A DNA stretch of 56,547 nt from Verrucomicrobiales bacterium (GCA_005805505.1 SYMJ01000129.1:1-56547), one strand, 5' to 3'. Positions 1 to 10,539 are shown, counted from the first letter of the stretch. The notes: generated by a model not told the origin, from the letters alone. Made by a program: numbers and translations.

Positions 1-87
1 AAGAACCTCAAGACCACCGAAGTGTATACCCATGTCACGGTGGAGCGTTTGAAAGCGGTTTATGCCGCCGCGCATCCCCGGGCCTGA
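1..87 (+). CDS. Tyrosine recombinase XerC/XerD, C-terminal fragment (cut by window edge)
   Basis: Frame 1 reads KNLKTTEVYTHVTVERLKAVYAAAHPRA*, matching the Xer C-terminal TTxxYTHV (catalytic Tyr)...HPRA signature. Confidence 0.85.
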   Translation, partial: KNLKTTEVYTHVTVERLKAVYAAAHPRA

Positions 88-139
88 TGTCGCAAAGCGG
101 GAAAGGGCTCCGAAAACACCGACTCCTCCTGAAGAACTT

Positions 140-168
140 TTGACGGACTTGGCTTCGGTGACCAGATT
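140..168 (+). promoter_or_regulatory. Possible sigma70-type promoter of clpC
   Basis: TTGACG-N17-CAGATT about 40 nt upstream of the ATG at 210. Confidence 0.3.
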
Positions 169-209
169 AGGACTGTCCGGTGCGTCACGGCTCCGGCACT
201 TTTGAGATC

Positions 210-2735
210 ATGAGCGAAGAATCCCTCAACAACTTTACCCCTCGCGCCCAGCAGGTTCTCGCCCTGGCGCGCAAGGAGGCCGATCGCTTCAACCATAACT
301 TCGTTGGCACCGAACATTTGCTGCTCGGGCTGATCAAGCTGGGGCAGGGTGTAGCGGTCAACGTTCTCCAAAAAATGGGGCTGGATCTGGATACGGTTCG
401 GCAAGAGGTGGAGAAGGAAGTCCGGGGCGGCGGGGAGGCCAAGTCGGGCGGCAACATTCCCTACACGCCGCGGGTGAAGAAGGTTTTGGCTCTGGCTGCC
501 AAAGAGGCCAAAGCATTGAACCATACCTATGTGGGCACCGAGCACATTTTGCTCGGTCTCTTGCGTGAGGGTGATGGCGTGGCGGCCAAGGTGTTGCGGA
601 ACCTAGAGGTCGACATCGAGCAATGCCGCCAAGAAATTCTGAAGGAGCTGGACCCTCAGTTCCAGGCCGGCGAGGAAGAGGGTGGCGAAAAGGAGTCCTC
701 TCCCGAAACCGTTGAGGCCGGTAAGAGTCCGACCCGCGGCGACAAGAACAAGGATCAGAAGACGCCCGCTCTCAAGGCCTTCGGTCGCGACCTCACCGAG
801 ATCGCCAAGAAGGGCGATATGGATCCGGTGATCGGCCGCAGCAATGAGATCGAGCGGGTCATCCAGATCCTCTGTCGCCGCACCAAGAACAACCCGGTGC
901 TGCTGGGTGAGGCCGGTGTGGGTAAAACAGCCATCGTGGAGGGGTTGGCCCAAGAAATCGCTAAGGGCAATGTGCCCGAGTTGTTGGCTGCCAAGCGGGT
1001 GATCACTTTGGATCTCGCGTTGATGGTGGCGGGCACCAAGTACCGAGGCCAATTCGAGGAGCGGATCAAGGCCGTGATGGACGAAATCAAGAAGGCCAAG
1101 AATGTCATCCTGTTCATTGATGAGCTGCACACCATCGTGGGGGCAGGCTCGGCCGAGGGAACCATGGATGCCTCGAATATCTTCAAGCCGGCTCTCAGCC
1201 GTGGAGAGCTGCAAATCGTGGGTGCCACGACGCTGACCGAATACCGCAAGTACATCGAAAAGGACTCCGCTCTCGAGCGCCGTTTCCAAACGGTCAAGGT
1301 GGAGCAGCCGTCGGTCGAAGATGCAATCGCCATCCTGACCGGTCTCAAGTCCAAGTACGAAGACCACCACAAGGCCGAGTTCACCTCCGATGCCGTGGAA
1401 GCATGCGTGAAGCTTTCGGATCGTTACATCACGGCTCGATTCCTGCCGGATAAGGCCATCGACGTGCTCGATGAGGCCGGCTCCAAGGCACGGATCGGAG
1501 CGATGCAGCGGCCGCCCAACATCAAGGAGATCGAGGCTGAGATCGAGTCACTGAGGCAGAAGAAAGAACAGGCCATCAAGGATCAGGACTTCGAGGGAGC
1601 GGCCCAGTTGCGCGATCATGAGAAATCGGCCAAAGAACGCCTCGAGAAGACGCTGGCCGACTGGAAGACTGCCAAGGACGAGAAGCGGGTGGTGGTCACC
1701 GAAGATGACATCCTTCAAGTGGTCGCTAAGTGGACGGGCATTCCCCTCAAGCGGATGGGCCAATCCGACATGCAGAAGCTCTTGGCCATTGAGGACGAGT
1801 TGGCCAAATTGGTTGTCGGTCAGAAAGATGCTGTTGCTGCGCTGGCCAAGGCATTGCGTCGCGCCCGAACCGACCTCAAGGATCCTAAGCGCCCGATCGG
1901 CTGCTTCGCTCTGCTGGGCCCGACCGGCGTCGGAAAGACACTGTTGGCTCGCACGTTGGCCGAGCAGATGTTTGGCAGCAATCAGGCCCTCATCCAACTC
2001 GACATGTCCGAGTACATGGAGAAGTTCACCGTGAGCCGTCTGATCGGTTCGCCGCCGGGCTATGTGGGTTATGAAGAAGGCGGTCAGCTGACCGAGAAGG
2101 TGCGTCGCCAACCCTATTCCGTGGTCTTGTTCGATGAGATCGAAAAGGCCCATCCGGACGTGACCAACATGCTCCTGCAAATTCTGGAAGAGGGCAAACT
2201 GACCGACTCCCTGGGGCGCGTGGTCGATTTCCGCAACACGATCGTCCTGCTGACCTCAAACGTGGGATCCGAGGCGTTGCGCAAGCAGGGCAGCATGGGC
2301 TTTTCGAAGTCCAGCGACGATGCGAGCTATGAGACCATGCGGGTTCGGGTGTTGGACGAGGCCAAGAAGTTCTTCCGGCCTGAGTTTCTCAACCGTTTGG
2401 ATGACATCGTGGTCTTCCGCTCCTTGGGCAAGCCCGAGCTCAACATCATTCTCGATCTGGAGATCACCAAGGTGTTGGATCGGATCCGTCGCAAGAACGT
2501 CACGGTCATTCTCGACGACAAGGCTCGGGAATTCCTCATCGAGAAGGGGTTTGATCCGCAGTACGGCGCTCGCCCAATGCGTCGAGCCATCGAGAAGCAT
2601 CTTGAGGATCCTCTCGCCGATGAAATCCTGCGTGGGACATTGATGGATGGGCAGCCCGTCACCGTGACCGCCGACACGGAGAAGCTGATCTTTAAACAGC
2701 GAAGCGAGGCGCCCGAGGGGGCGTTGAGTTCTTAG
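210..2735 (+). CDS. clpC: ATP-dependent Clp protease ATP-binding subunit ClpC
   Basis: Two Clp-N repeats ([26 protein letters not shown]), Walker A GEAGVGKT and GPTGVGKT, Walker B ILFIDE and VLFDE, UVR coiled coil ([17 protein letters not shown]), ClpP-binding MGF loop; start taken at ATG 210. Confidence 0.96.
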   Translation: MSEESLNNFTPRAQQVLALARKEADRFNHNFVGTEHLLLGLIKLGQGVAVNVLQKMGLDLDTVRQEVEKEVRGGGEAKSGGNIPYTPRVKKVLALAAKEAKALNHTYVGTEHILLGLLREGDGVAAKVLRNLEVDIEQCRQEILKELDPQFQAGEEEGGEKESSPETVEAGKSPTRGDKNKDQKTPALKAFGRDLTEIAKKGDMDPVIGRSNEIERVIQILCRRTKNNPVLLGEAGVGKTAIVEGLAQEIAKGNVPELLAAKRVITLDLALMVAGTKYRGQFEERIKAVMDEIKKAKNVILFIDELHTIVGAGSAEGTMDASNIFKPALSRGELQIVGATTLTEYRKYIEKDSALERRFQTVKVEQPSVEDAIAILTGLKSKYEDHHKAEFTSDAVEACVKLSDRYITARFLPDKAIDVLDEAGSKARIGAMQRPPNIKEIEAEIESLRQKKEQAIKDQDFEGAAQLRDHEKSAKERLEKTLADWKTAKDEKRVVVTEDDILQVVAKWTGIPLKRMGQSDMQKLLAIEDELAKLVVGQKDAVAALAKALRRARTDLKDPKRPIGCFALLGPTGVGKTLLARTLAEQMFGSNQALIQLDMSEYMEKFTVSRLIGSPPGYVGYEEGGQLTEKVRRQPYSVVLFDEIEKAHPDVTNMLLQILEEGKLTDSLGRVVDFRNTIVLLTSNVGSEALRKQGSMGFSKSSDDASYETMRVRVLDEAKKFFRPEFLNRLDDIVVFRSLGKPELNIILDLEITKVLDRIRRKNVTVILDDKAREFLIEKGFDPQYGARPMRRAIEKHLEDPLADEILRGTLMDGQPVTVTADTEKLIFKQRSEAPEGALSS

Positions 2736-2787
2736 TCGACCGAGTCAGGAGAGGAATCTCCAACTACTTCTTGAGGGTCCACACTGC

Positions 2788-2815
2788 CCCTCCCGGTGAG
2801 TTTTCGCTGGGAGGG
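2788..2815 (+). terminator. GC-rich stem-loop after clpC (possible terminator)
   Basis: CCCTCCCGGTGA-GTTT-TCGCTGGGAGGG inverted repeat with G-U pairs; no U-tract. Confidence 0.4.
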
Positions 2816-2865
2816 CTGGCAATGAGGAGGCCAGCCAGATACTTTCAAAGTCACAGGAATCCTAC

Positions 2866-3645
2866 GTGCCGGTACACCTCATCCATCAACGGTTCCGCTC
2901 CTTCATCACCCAGCTTGGAGAGGTTTCCCAATTGCTGATGGAGTCCATTGCCTCCTTTCATCATCAGCGGCCGTCCTGGAAGGATTTTCTCTACCAACTC
3001 CATTTCATCGGGGTGAAGAGCCAGAGTGTGGTCATTACCACGGGAGCGGCCACGGGAATGGTGCTCTGCGCCCAGACATTCCTGCAGTTCCACAAGGTGA
3101 AGATGGACACTGCGACGGGCGCGGTGGTCAGCATTGGCATGAGCAGCGAGTTGGGGCCGGTGCTCGCGGCCTTGATGCTCACGGGTCGGGTGGGAGCCTC
3201 CATGACCGCCGAGTTGGGCACTATGAAGGTGACTGAGCAGATCGACGCCCTGCGGACCCTCGCAGCGCACCCGGTAGACACGCTGGTGATGCCGCGCTTC
3301 CTGGCGCTTTTGGCCTCGGCCCCGTTGCTGACCGCAGAGTCTGTGGTGGTGGGCATCGTCTCCAGTTGGTGGGTGGGGGTGAATTTGCTCGGCATCGACA
3401 GTGCGTACTACTTGGTGAACATGACCCGGTACACCGATCCCCCGGACGTGCTGACAGGTTTGATCAAATCCTTTGTTTTCGGTGCCATTATCGCGGTGGT
3501 CAGTTGCCACAAGGGACTGACTTGTCAGGGGGGAGCCGAAGGGGTCGGAAAGGCCACGACCGAGGCGGTGGTGGCCGCGAGCATTAGCATCCTGATCGTT
3601 AACTTCTTCCTCACGCTGTTCCTGTCGCGCGTGTTTTACTCCTGA
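2866..3645 (+). CDS. mlaE: MlaE family lipid-asymmetry ABC transporter permease
   Basis: ELGPVLAALMLTGRVGASMTAELGTMKVTEQIDAL and GGAEGVGKATT motifs; several TM segments. Confidence 0.93.
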   Translation: MPVHLIHQRFRSFITQLGEVSQLLMESIASFHHQRPSWKDFLYQLHFIGVKSQSVVITTGAATGMVLCAQTFLQFHKVKMDTATGAVVSIGMSSELGPVLAALMLTGRVGASMTAELGTMKVTEQIDALRTLAAHPVDTLVMPRFLALLASAPLLTAESVVVGIVSSWWVGVNLLGIDSAYYLVNMTRYTDPPDVLTGLIKSFVFGAIIAVVSCHKGLTCQGGAEGVGKATTEAVVAASISILIVNFFLTLFLSRVFYS

Positions 3646-3655
3646 ACTTGAATCC

Positions 3656-4399
3656 ATGATCGAGGTTCGAGACGTCACCAAGAAGTTCGGGAGCCAAACG
3701 GTTCTCCAAGGGGTGTCCTTAGACATCCAACGCGGTGAGGCGGTCGTCATCATCGGCCGCAGCGGTGGCGGCAAGAGCATCTTGCTCAAGCACCTCATTG
3801 GATTGCTCCAGCCAGATTCCGGAACCATTCGGGTGGATGGTGAGGACATCACGACGATGGACGAACGCAGCCTCCTTCGGGTGCGACGGAAATACGGGAT
3901 GCTCTTCCAGATGGCGGCCCTCTTCGATTCGCTGACCGTCGAAGAGAACGTGGGGTTTGTGCTTCGCCGGCAGGGTCTGGAGTCGGAGACCGAGATCCGT
4001 CGCCGAATCGATGAGGCCCTAGACATGGTGGAATTGCCGGGGATTGGTCACAAGATGCCCAGCGAACTCTCCGGCGGCATGCGCAAGCGGGTTGGTTTGG
4101 CCCGAGCGATCGTTTACCGGCCGGAGATCGTGCTCTACGACGAACCCACCACCGGCTTAGACCCGATCGCAGCCGACAACATTGATCGACTCATCCGCCG
4201 GGTTTGGGAAACCCTTCACGTCACCAGCATCGCTGTGACTCATGACATGAAGAGCGCCCGCACGATCAGCAATAGGATCCTCATGCTCCATGAAGGGCGG
4301 ATCTATTCCGAGGGACCGACTTCGCAAATCTTGGAATCGACGGATCCAGTGATTTATCGATTCGTCAACGGCATCTCGACGCCACAAAAATCTGAATGA
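3656..4399 (+). CDS. mlaF: MlaF family ABC transporter ATP-binding protein
   Basis: GRSGGGKS, LSGGMRKRVGLARA, YDEPTTGLDP; operon context. Confidence 0.93.
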   Translation: MIEVRDVTKKFGSQTVLQGVSLDIQRGEAVVIIGRSGGGKSILLKHLIGLLQPDSGTIRVDGEDITTMDERSLLRVRRKYGMLFQMAALFDSLTVEENVGFVLRRQGLESETEIRRRIDEALDMVELPGIGHKMPSELSGGMRKRVGLARAIVYRPEIVLYDEPTTGLDPIAADNIDRLIRRVWETLHVTSIAVTHDMKSARTISNRILMLHEGRIYSEGPTSQILESTDPVIYRFVNGISTPQKSE

Positions 4400-5403
4400 G
4401 TGAGTTCATGGAACGAAAATCCCCCGCAGCACAGGTCGGCCTCTTTGTCCTGATCGGACTCGTGCTGATCGCCGCATTGCTTATCCACTTCAGCAAGGGA
4501 GCGTCCTTTTGGCGTTCCGGCCGAACGATCCTGATTTCCGCCGGCAATGTCGGTGGGTTGGTCGCGGGCGCACCGGTCAACATGTCCGGTGTCCGCATTG
4601 GCTCCGTCGAGGACATATCGCTTTCGGCCGACGGCCGGAGGGTGTCCATCCAGTGCCGCATCGAAAAACCAGTGACCATCTATGGTGACGCCCGCTTCGA
4701 GATTGAGCAGAGCGGGTTCCTGGGTGATCAGTTTGTAGCGATCATTCCCACGAAGAATGCGGCTCCGGCGCTTCAGGACGGGGCCGTCGTGACCGCCGTG
4801 GATCCCTTCAATTTGCAGGAGGCGGCCCGCAGTGCCGTGGGGCTGATGACCCGATTGGACCAAGTGGTCGAGCGGGTGGATCGCATGATTCTCTCGGCGT
4901 CGACCCTCAAGGACGTGACCAACACGCTAGCCAACCTGCGGCGGACGTCCGAGCGGTTGGATCGCACGCTGGGAGAGGTCGAATTGCTGGTGTCCTCCGA
5001 GAAGCCTGCCGTTGCGGCGACGGTGAGCAATCTTCGGGCATTCTCGGCGACCCTGACTCCGCTGGCAGGGCAAGTTGGAGCCCTGGCGGCCCGGGCCGAC
5101 TCGCTATTGGTGCGTGCTGACACTTTGGTTGCCACCAATGAGACCACGTTGCGCGAAGCATTGGGCGGATTTCGAGATGCCTCTTTGGCGGTGCGCGACT
5201 TGACGCAGGACCTTCAGGCGGGGCGTGGAGCCGTTGGGGCCTTGCTCAAGGACCCCAAGCTCCAGTCCGAGTTGGGGGCCACGCTGATCAACCTCAACAC
5301 CGTGTCGAGCAACCTCGCCAACAACGGTCTTTTCTGGAAACCCCGTCGCGTGCAACCGCTAACCAATACCACAGGCTATCCGGGTCGCGGCCCGTTTCGC
5401 TGA
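4396..5403 (+). CDS. mlaD: MlaD/MCE family protein
   Basis: N-terminal TM, GLVAGAPVNMSGVRIGSV and GFLGDQFVAI MCE motifs, long helical C-terminus; ATGA overlap with mlaF. Confidence 0.9.
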   Translation: MSEFMERKSPAAQVGLFVLIGLVLIAALLIHFSKGASFWRSGRTILISAGNVGGLVAGAPVNMSGVRIGSVEDISLSADGRRVSIQCRIEKPVTIYGDARFEIEQSGFLGDQFVAIIPTKNAAPALQDGAVVTAVDPFNLQEAARSAVGLMTRLDQVVERVDRMILSASTLKDVTNTLANLRRTSERLDRTLGEVELLVSSEKPAVAATVSNLRAFSATLTPLAGQVGALAARADSLLVRADTLVATNETTLREALGGFRDASLAVRDLTQDLQAGRGAVGALLKDPKLQSELGATLINLNTVSSNLANNGLFWKPRRVQPLTNTTGYPGRGPFR

Positions 5404-5503
5404 GCTAGGCCGATTCCGTGGGCGATAGGCCGACGATCTTTCTTTCCGGGCACTTCGGGCCAGGCCGATTGACAGTCGTGGGTGGGGCTTAGACCTTCCT
5501 TGG

Positions 5504-6244
5504 ATGGAATTGGTCACACTGTCCCGAGTCTTTATTCTGGTCGAGGCAGACCTCATGGCGACCCGACTAGAATCCGCCGGGTTTACCCCATTTATTCACG
5601 GGGTCGACGCCGCCCTCAGTAGCGGTGGCTACTCCATGGGTACGGGAGGGATTCAAGTGAAGGTGCCCGCCGACCAGGTGGAATCCGCGCTTCAGTTCTT
5701 GGCGGAGGTTCCGGAGACCGACGTGTGGGGCGGTGAGTTCCTGGCCGTGTACAATCGGGCCCTGTCGGCATTCCGTTCGGGGCGCTCTTCGGTGGCGACC
5801 TTGTGTGATCCGGCCGATACCGCCTTCTTGCTGAAGAGCGGATGCTCCGTTCAGGAGCTCTACGATTTCGTTGAGGACGCTGTAGATTATGGCGAGCCCG
5901 ATTTGGAAACGGTCCTCGATGTTCAGAGAATCCGGAGGGATTACTTTTTGGGAGTTCTGCGGGGAGAATGGACAGGGCAGGTGGTGCCCATGTCGGCGTT
6001 GCCGCTCAAGACCGATGCCGTAGACGGAATTGCTTGGTTGCCCCGTTTGATCGTCAAGGCGCGGCTCAAGCTACGCGGAGAAATGCCACCGGATCTTATG
6101 TACGGGTGCGGAGGCGATCGGCCGTTTCTCCGGCGCATGGGACTCACGCTTCCAGGATTTCTGGAACTGGTGCGCGACAGTGGAGACGATGATTTAGCAA
6201 TCGTCGAGGCGGTGAAAGGTTCCCGGGACGCTGCCACTCGCTGA
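5504..6244 (+). CDS. Hypothetical protein: DUF2007-like N-terminus fused to DUF5069-like domain
   Basis: EADLMATRLESAG...GGIQVKVP..QVESA (DUF2007 pattern); GIAWLPRLIVKAR...YGCGGDRPFL (DUF5069 pattern). Confidence 0.65.
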   Translation: MELVTLSRVFILVEADLMATRLESAGFTPFIHGVDAALSSGGYSMGTGGIQVKVPADQVESALQFLAEVPETDVWGGEFLAVYNRALSAFRSGRSSVATLCDPADTAFLLKSGCSVQELYDFVEDAVDYGEPDLETVLDVQRIRRDYFLGVLRGEWTGQVVPMSALPLKTDAVDGIAWLPRLIVKARLKLRGEMPPDLMYGCGGDRPFLRRMGLTLPGFLELVRDSGDDDLAIVEAVKGSRDAATR

Positions 6245-6432
6245 GGATGCCGGAGAAGAGGCCGTTGAGTTTCTGGGCTCGGTAGTTTTCACACCGTCAC
6301 TGACAGTTGTTTTCGGCCACCCGGAGGCCGCCCAAGGACATTCCTAACACCCCCCGGAGGCCCTACCACCACCCGGAGGCAGCCTGATGGCTTCCTTTAA
6401 CAACCCTCGAATGTAGCCTAAGGGCTTCCGAG

Positions 6433-6457
6433 GTAGGGACCGATCTCCGAGCGGTCC
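6433..6457 (+). repeat. GTAG-type REP-like palindrome
   Basis: GTAG followed by the GGACCG-ATCTCCGAG-CGGTCC hairpin between convergent genes. Confidence 0.5.
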
Positions 6458-6568
6458 GGCGCTGCGGCACTGCCCGTCGAGATTGCCTGCCATGGAGAGT
6501 GCCAACACCTCGTCTTGGAAAAGAAATTGGCCCTGCAATCACCACCGTGCCAACGGCATCCTTCCGGA

Positions 6569-8569
6569 TTAATTTAGCACGAACGAGGCGTCTTTGGTTT
6601 CCAGACGAATTTTGTCAGGGATGTGATTGGGATCAATGCGCACCAAGACGCGGTGTGTGCCGGCGGCTAGTGCTACTGAGCCATTTACCTTCGATCCGTC
6701 CACCCACAGTTCGGCACCCTGAGCGGCGGTGAGTTGGAAGCGGACGGTGCCTGGCTGGGCCAGCTGGATTTCGGTCACCGCCAGCACGGCGATTTTCGAG
6801 GACCAGATGTTGGCCTTGGTTGCGCCCTCCATGAGGGTCCGCGTGAGATCTCCATTGACCCGGGAGAGGACCTCGGTCCAGCGCTTGTCCTCGAGGGGTT
6901 TTTTCCACATCCAGTCGGATTGGCCGTTCTGCTGGTCGGTGTGGACGATGTTGGCCAAGCGCCATTTGCGGGCCACACCGCCTTTGCTGGCATCGAATTC
7001 ACCGGGTTTGCCGAGTTGTGAGAGGAACGCCACCAGATCGAGTTGCTCGGCTTCATTGAGCGAGTCGAGGAGGCCGGCCGGCATCAATGAGGCGGACGCC
7101 TGAGTGCGAGATTCCAGGTTCGACTTGGCGATGACGATGTCCTGATTGGCCGTGCCGCGCAGGACCAGCTCGCTCGCCGACTCTCGGACCACGGTTCCGG
7201 ACAGGGTCTGCCCATCCTTGGTCTCCACGATCACGCCATGGTAACCCTCTTTGATTTTGGCATTGGGCATTAGCAGCGATTCCACCAGGTAATCGGGCTG
7301 TGCGCTGGCCCCAATGGAGGTCATGTCTGGACCGACCCGTCCACCCGCACCGCCAATGGCGTGGCAGGTGATGCAGGCCAGGTCGGATCGGCGGTAGACG
7401 AGCTCACCGCGTTGCGGATTGCCGCTGGCCGCTGCCCGGGTGGCCATTTCGCGGATGAGTTGGTCGGTGAAGGCTTGGGTGTCGGCGGACAAACCGGCCC
7501 CCTTGGCGAGAGTGAGCACCAATTCCATGTCACTGCGACCGCCTTCGCGTGCCACCCGCATGCCGGTACGGGCTGCCGCGGCCGGGATTCCCGAAGTGGG
7601 CAAGAGGGCTGCCAGGCGTTTTCCAGAACCCTTAATTGCCAGCAATGAACGCCAGAACTCCTGGGCGATTTGTTCCTGATCCAACCCCTGGATGGCGGAG
7701 ACCAGAGCGGGCCCGGCCCCACCGAGGTCCAGCGCAGCCCAAGTCAAAACCGCACGGCGTCGGGTCGCAGGATCTTTGTCTTCCGCCAGTTGCTTCAGGA
7801 GAGGCAGGCTTCCGGCTCCTTGGAGACGAAGGACTTCGAAGACCGTGGTCCGGACTTGTTCGGACGGGTCATTGGCTAGGCGGGTCAAGGATTGGACTGG
7901 AGGCGGAGTCTTCCAGTCGCCGGTGAGGCGCAACGTGGCCGCACGGACGGAGTCGTTCGAAGATTCGAGTAATCCCAAAATCCCCGTGGCATCGCCCTCG
8001 GGCCGCACCTTGCGGGTTCGGGCCGCCTCGCCCAGCGAGGTCAGTGCGCGTGCCGTGGCAGCATCATCAAATCCACTCGAGACGGTTTGTCGCAGCAGCG
8101 CTCCCAATTCTTTGGGGGCACCGGCCTGACCAATGAGCTCGATCCAGGGGCCGGAGCCGTCCCGCGGGAGGCGGCGCTCTTGGATGACGCGCCCCAAGAC
8201 TCGGCTCGCCTGTTCGGCTCGGATGGCCTTCAAGGCAAAGGCCAATTGTTTTTCGCGCCCCTCGGATTTCCAAGCACCCGATTCCAAGGCAGCGATCCAC
8301 GGCTCGGAGAGTTCGTTGATCGTCAACCAGAGGGCGTAGTCCAGGGTGGGATCCATGGGCTGTTCCAGTGCGCTCAGAGCCAACTCGGCAGATCGGGCTC
8401 CTGGAATCTTGGCCAGGGCACGAAGGGCCTCCAGACGGACCCGTGGGTGGGTGTCTTGGACTAGCTTCGAGAGGGTTTCAAGCCGTTGAGCCGCGTCGCT
8501 GGCGGTGTCGGCCTTGGAAGCGACCGGGACAAGCAGCAGCGCACTGGCGAGGACGAGTCTGCGGAACAT
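6569..8569 (-). CDS. Secreted HEAT-repeat, c-type heme-binding protein (PVC-type putative heme-binding domain)
   Basis: Signal peptide MFRRLVLASALLLVPVASKA; HEAT repeats (HPRVRLEALRAL); GNPQRG..CITCH..GGRVGPDM..ESLLMPNAKI..SLMPAGL heme domain; start could be upstream at 8620. Confidence 0.85.
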   Translation of the reverse strand: MFRRLVLASALLLVPVASKADTASDAAQRLETLSKLVQDTHPRVRLEALRALAKIPGARSAELALSALEQPMDPTLDYALWLTINELSEPWIAALESGAWKSEGREKQLAFALKAIRAEQASRVLGRVIQERRLPRDGSGPWIELIGQAGAPKELGALLRQTVSSGFDDAATARALTSLGEAARTRKVRPEGDATGILGLLESSNDSVRAATLRLTGDWKTPPPVQSLTRLANDPSEQVRTTVFEVLRLQGAGSLPLLKQLAEDKDPATRRRAVLTWAALDLGGAGPALVSAIQGLDQEQIAQEFWRSLLAIKGSGKRLAALLPTSGIPAAAARTGMRVAREGGRSDMELVLTLAKGAGLSADTQAFTDQLIREMATRAAASGNPQRGELVYRRSDLACITCHAIGGAGGRVGPDMTSIGASAQPDYLVESLLMPNAKIKEGYHGVIVETKDGQTLSGTVVRESASELVLRGTANQDIVIAKSNLESRTQASASLMPAGLLDSLNEAEQLDLVAFLSQLGKPGEFDASKGGVARKWRLANIVHTDQQNGQSDWMWKKPLEDKRWTEVLSRVNGDLTRTLMEGATKANIWSSKIAVLAVTEIQLAQPGTVRFQLTAAQGAELWVDGSKVNGSVALAAGTHRVLVRIDPNHIPDKIRLETKDASFVLN

Positions 8570-8684
8570 GTTGGGATCATCGAACGGGAAGGCCTCCGCC
8601 TTCAAGTGTCCGATCATCAAAATTAGCGATCGTCCGCTCCTCCGAGCTCAAGTTCCCGATTCGCTCGCCGGCTTTCGGCCCTGC

Positions 8685-10190
8685 TCAAGGGGTCTCCCGG
8701 ATCAATGCTCTCAATTCGATACCCTTGCCATTGGCCGGGTTGAAGCCCCCCACACGAATCGTGCGCAGCTCAGGAAACCGAGCGCTCAGGTGACCGAAAG
8801 ACTTTCCGTCGGGCAGAATACAAAGTCGGGATCCGGGTCGGGCCAGAAACTCCCGTGCAGCCGCCTCGTCTTTCAGGTGCTGGATCCAGGGCCCACCCTT
8901 GGGTCGCAGGTACCAGTACAGGCTGGGTTCCTGGAATTCGAGGGTCGCCAGTTCGGTCTTGGGGTTGATCCAGCGCCGGCAGTCTTCGGCGAGGCGAGGC
9001 ACCGGCAGCAGGCGGGCAAATAGCCCGAGGCCCGGCAAGGCAATCAGCAGCAGCATAGCCAAGGTCCCGATTGTCAGTCTCCCGAATAGTCGCCAAGCCG
9101 GTGGACCGCTCGCAATGGCCTTGCCCAACCAGAGTGCGATGAGAGGAAAAGCCGGCAGAGTATAATGCGGGAGCTTGGTTCGGATTAGGGTGAAGACGAC
9201 AAACACTCCGGCGACACCCGCCAAAAGGTATCGGTCGATGGGTGATCGGGGAGGGGTGGTTCGAGCGCGCCAAACCAACCTTACCAGCCAAGGAGACCAG
9301 GGAAGAAATCCCACCAGCAACGTCAGCCCGTAGAAGGGCAAGCTGCACAGATAGCCGAGCAATCCCTTCAGCCCATGACCTTCCAATACCCCGACAGACC
9401 GAGCAACGACGTGCTTGCCGATACCCACCTGGAAATATTCGCCCCGAGTCGCCAACAGGGCTGGAATGCCCCAAATGGCCACAAGTCCCAGGGTCAGTGC
9501 TCCGCCAAACCACCAGAGTCTGGGTTGCCGCCAAGGGCTGGCAGGATCGGACGGCAAAGACAATCGTCCACAGGCCAAGAGAATGGCCGGCAGGCCCGCC
9601 AGCCAAGCCACGGGCCCCTTGGCGAGAAACCCTAGGGCCAATGAGGTGAAGAAAACCCAGAACCATCCGGCAATGGCTCGTCTCCGACCACGGGCCTGAT
9701 GCAGTTCCCACCCGGACCAGCTCGACAGGGTGAAGAAAAACACCATCACCATGTCCGCAACGGCGAGGTGGGCGTGGACAAAGGCTTGGGGGCAGGTGAC
9801 CCAGAGAATCCCGGCCATCATTCCGGCACAGTTTCCGGCGAGGCGTCGTCCCCAGAGGGCGAGCAAACCGGTGGTCAGAGTGGCACAGAGGATGGAGGGA
9901 AGTCGTACCGCCATTTCGGTGGCCCCCAAAAGAGAAATACTTCCAGCCTGGAGCCAGTAGATGAGAGGGGGTTTGTCGAAGCGGTACTCGCCATTCAAAT
10001 GGGGCACCACCCCGTTGCCAGTTTCGAGCATCTCCCGGGAGGCTTCTGCAAAACGAGGTTCATCCCGGTCCATCAAAGGCAACAACCACGATCCGGCGCC
10101 GAAACAGCTCAGAGCCACCGCGAGCAGGACCACCCAGCTCCAAGCGGGCCATTGACCGTGTTCTCTCGGGGACCCGATTGAGCCTTCCAT
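8685..10190 (-). CDS. ArnT/PMT family (GT-C) glycosyltransferase
   Basis: DRDEPRFAEASREM, RFDKPPLIYW, GFLAKGP, TKLPHYTLP; many TM helices. Confidence 0.9.
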   Translation of the reverse strand: MEGSIGSPREHGQWPAWSWVVLLAVALSCFGAGSWLLPLMDRDEPRFAEASREMLETGNGVVPHLNGEYRFDKPPLIYWLQAGSISLLGATEMAVRLPSILCATLTTGLLALWGRRLAGNCAGMMAGILWVTCPQAFVHAHLAVADMVMVFFFTLSSWSGWELHQARGRRRAIAGWFWVFFTSLALGFLAKGPVAWLAGLPAILLACGRLSLPSDPASPWRQPRLWWFGGALTLGLVAIWGIPALLATRGEYFQVGIGKHVVARSVGVLEGHGLKGLLGYLCSLPFYGLTLLVGFLPWSPWLVRLVWRARTTPPRSPIDRYLLAGVAGVFVVFTLIRTKLPHYTLPAFPLIALWLGKAIASGPPAWRLFGRLTIGTLAMLLLIALPGLGLFARLLPVPRLAEDCRRWINPKTELATLEFQEPSLYWYLRPKGGPWIQHLKDEAAAREFLARPGSRLCILPDGKSFGHLSARFPELRTIRVGGFNPANGKGIELRALIRETP

Positions 10191-10539
10191 CGTTTCCGAG
10201 GCTGGCAAATTCGAGGGTCAACGGAAAGCCGAAGGGTGCTGTGAGTTGGAATTGTGCTGAGAGTGGATGAACTGCTTCAGGGTCAGATGAGCCGCAAGGA
10301 TTCAATTGGATGGGCCCGGCTGGCTGATGCCTTCTTCCGCTCGAGCGTCGTTGTTTGCCCGTTACGGGCCTCCAGCACGAGCCTCAGCAGGGCTCGCTCT
10401 TCAACTCTTGCCTCGTCTTGCAAAAGAATCCGCCACGCCACCCTTTGGCCCACACAGAATCAGTTCGGATGAGACGGGGTCGGTGGATGTTTCAGGATTG
10501 TTTCGTTCCAGTCCGAGTTGGTTTTGTCAGTGTTGACGT

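Noticed and set aside
1-87. Recombinase as a prophage or ICE integrase
   Set aside because: The HPRA terminus is typical of chromosomal XerC/D and no mobile cargo or att site follows
2851-4026. 391-aa minus-strand ORF, plus similar long antisense ORFs (26883-28076, 30736-31980, 44683-45993)
   Set aside because: Shadow ORFs opposite well-supported genes; expected in high-GC DNA and without recognisable motifs
5469-5500. Perfect TTGACA -35 element upstream of 5504
   Set aside because: No convincing -10 hexamer at 16-18 nt spacing
6317-6382. Possible mini-CRISPR array
   Set aside because: Repeats only 9-12 nt with irregular short spacing; no cas genes
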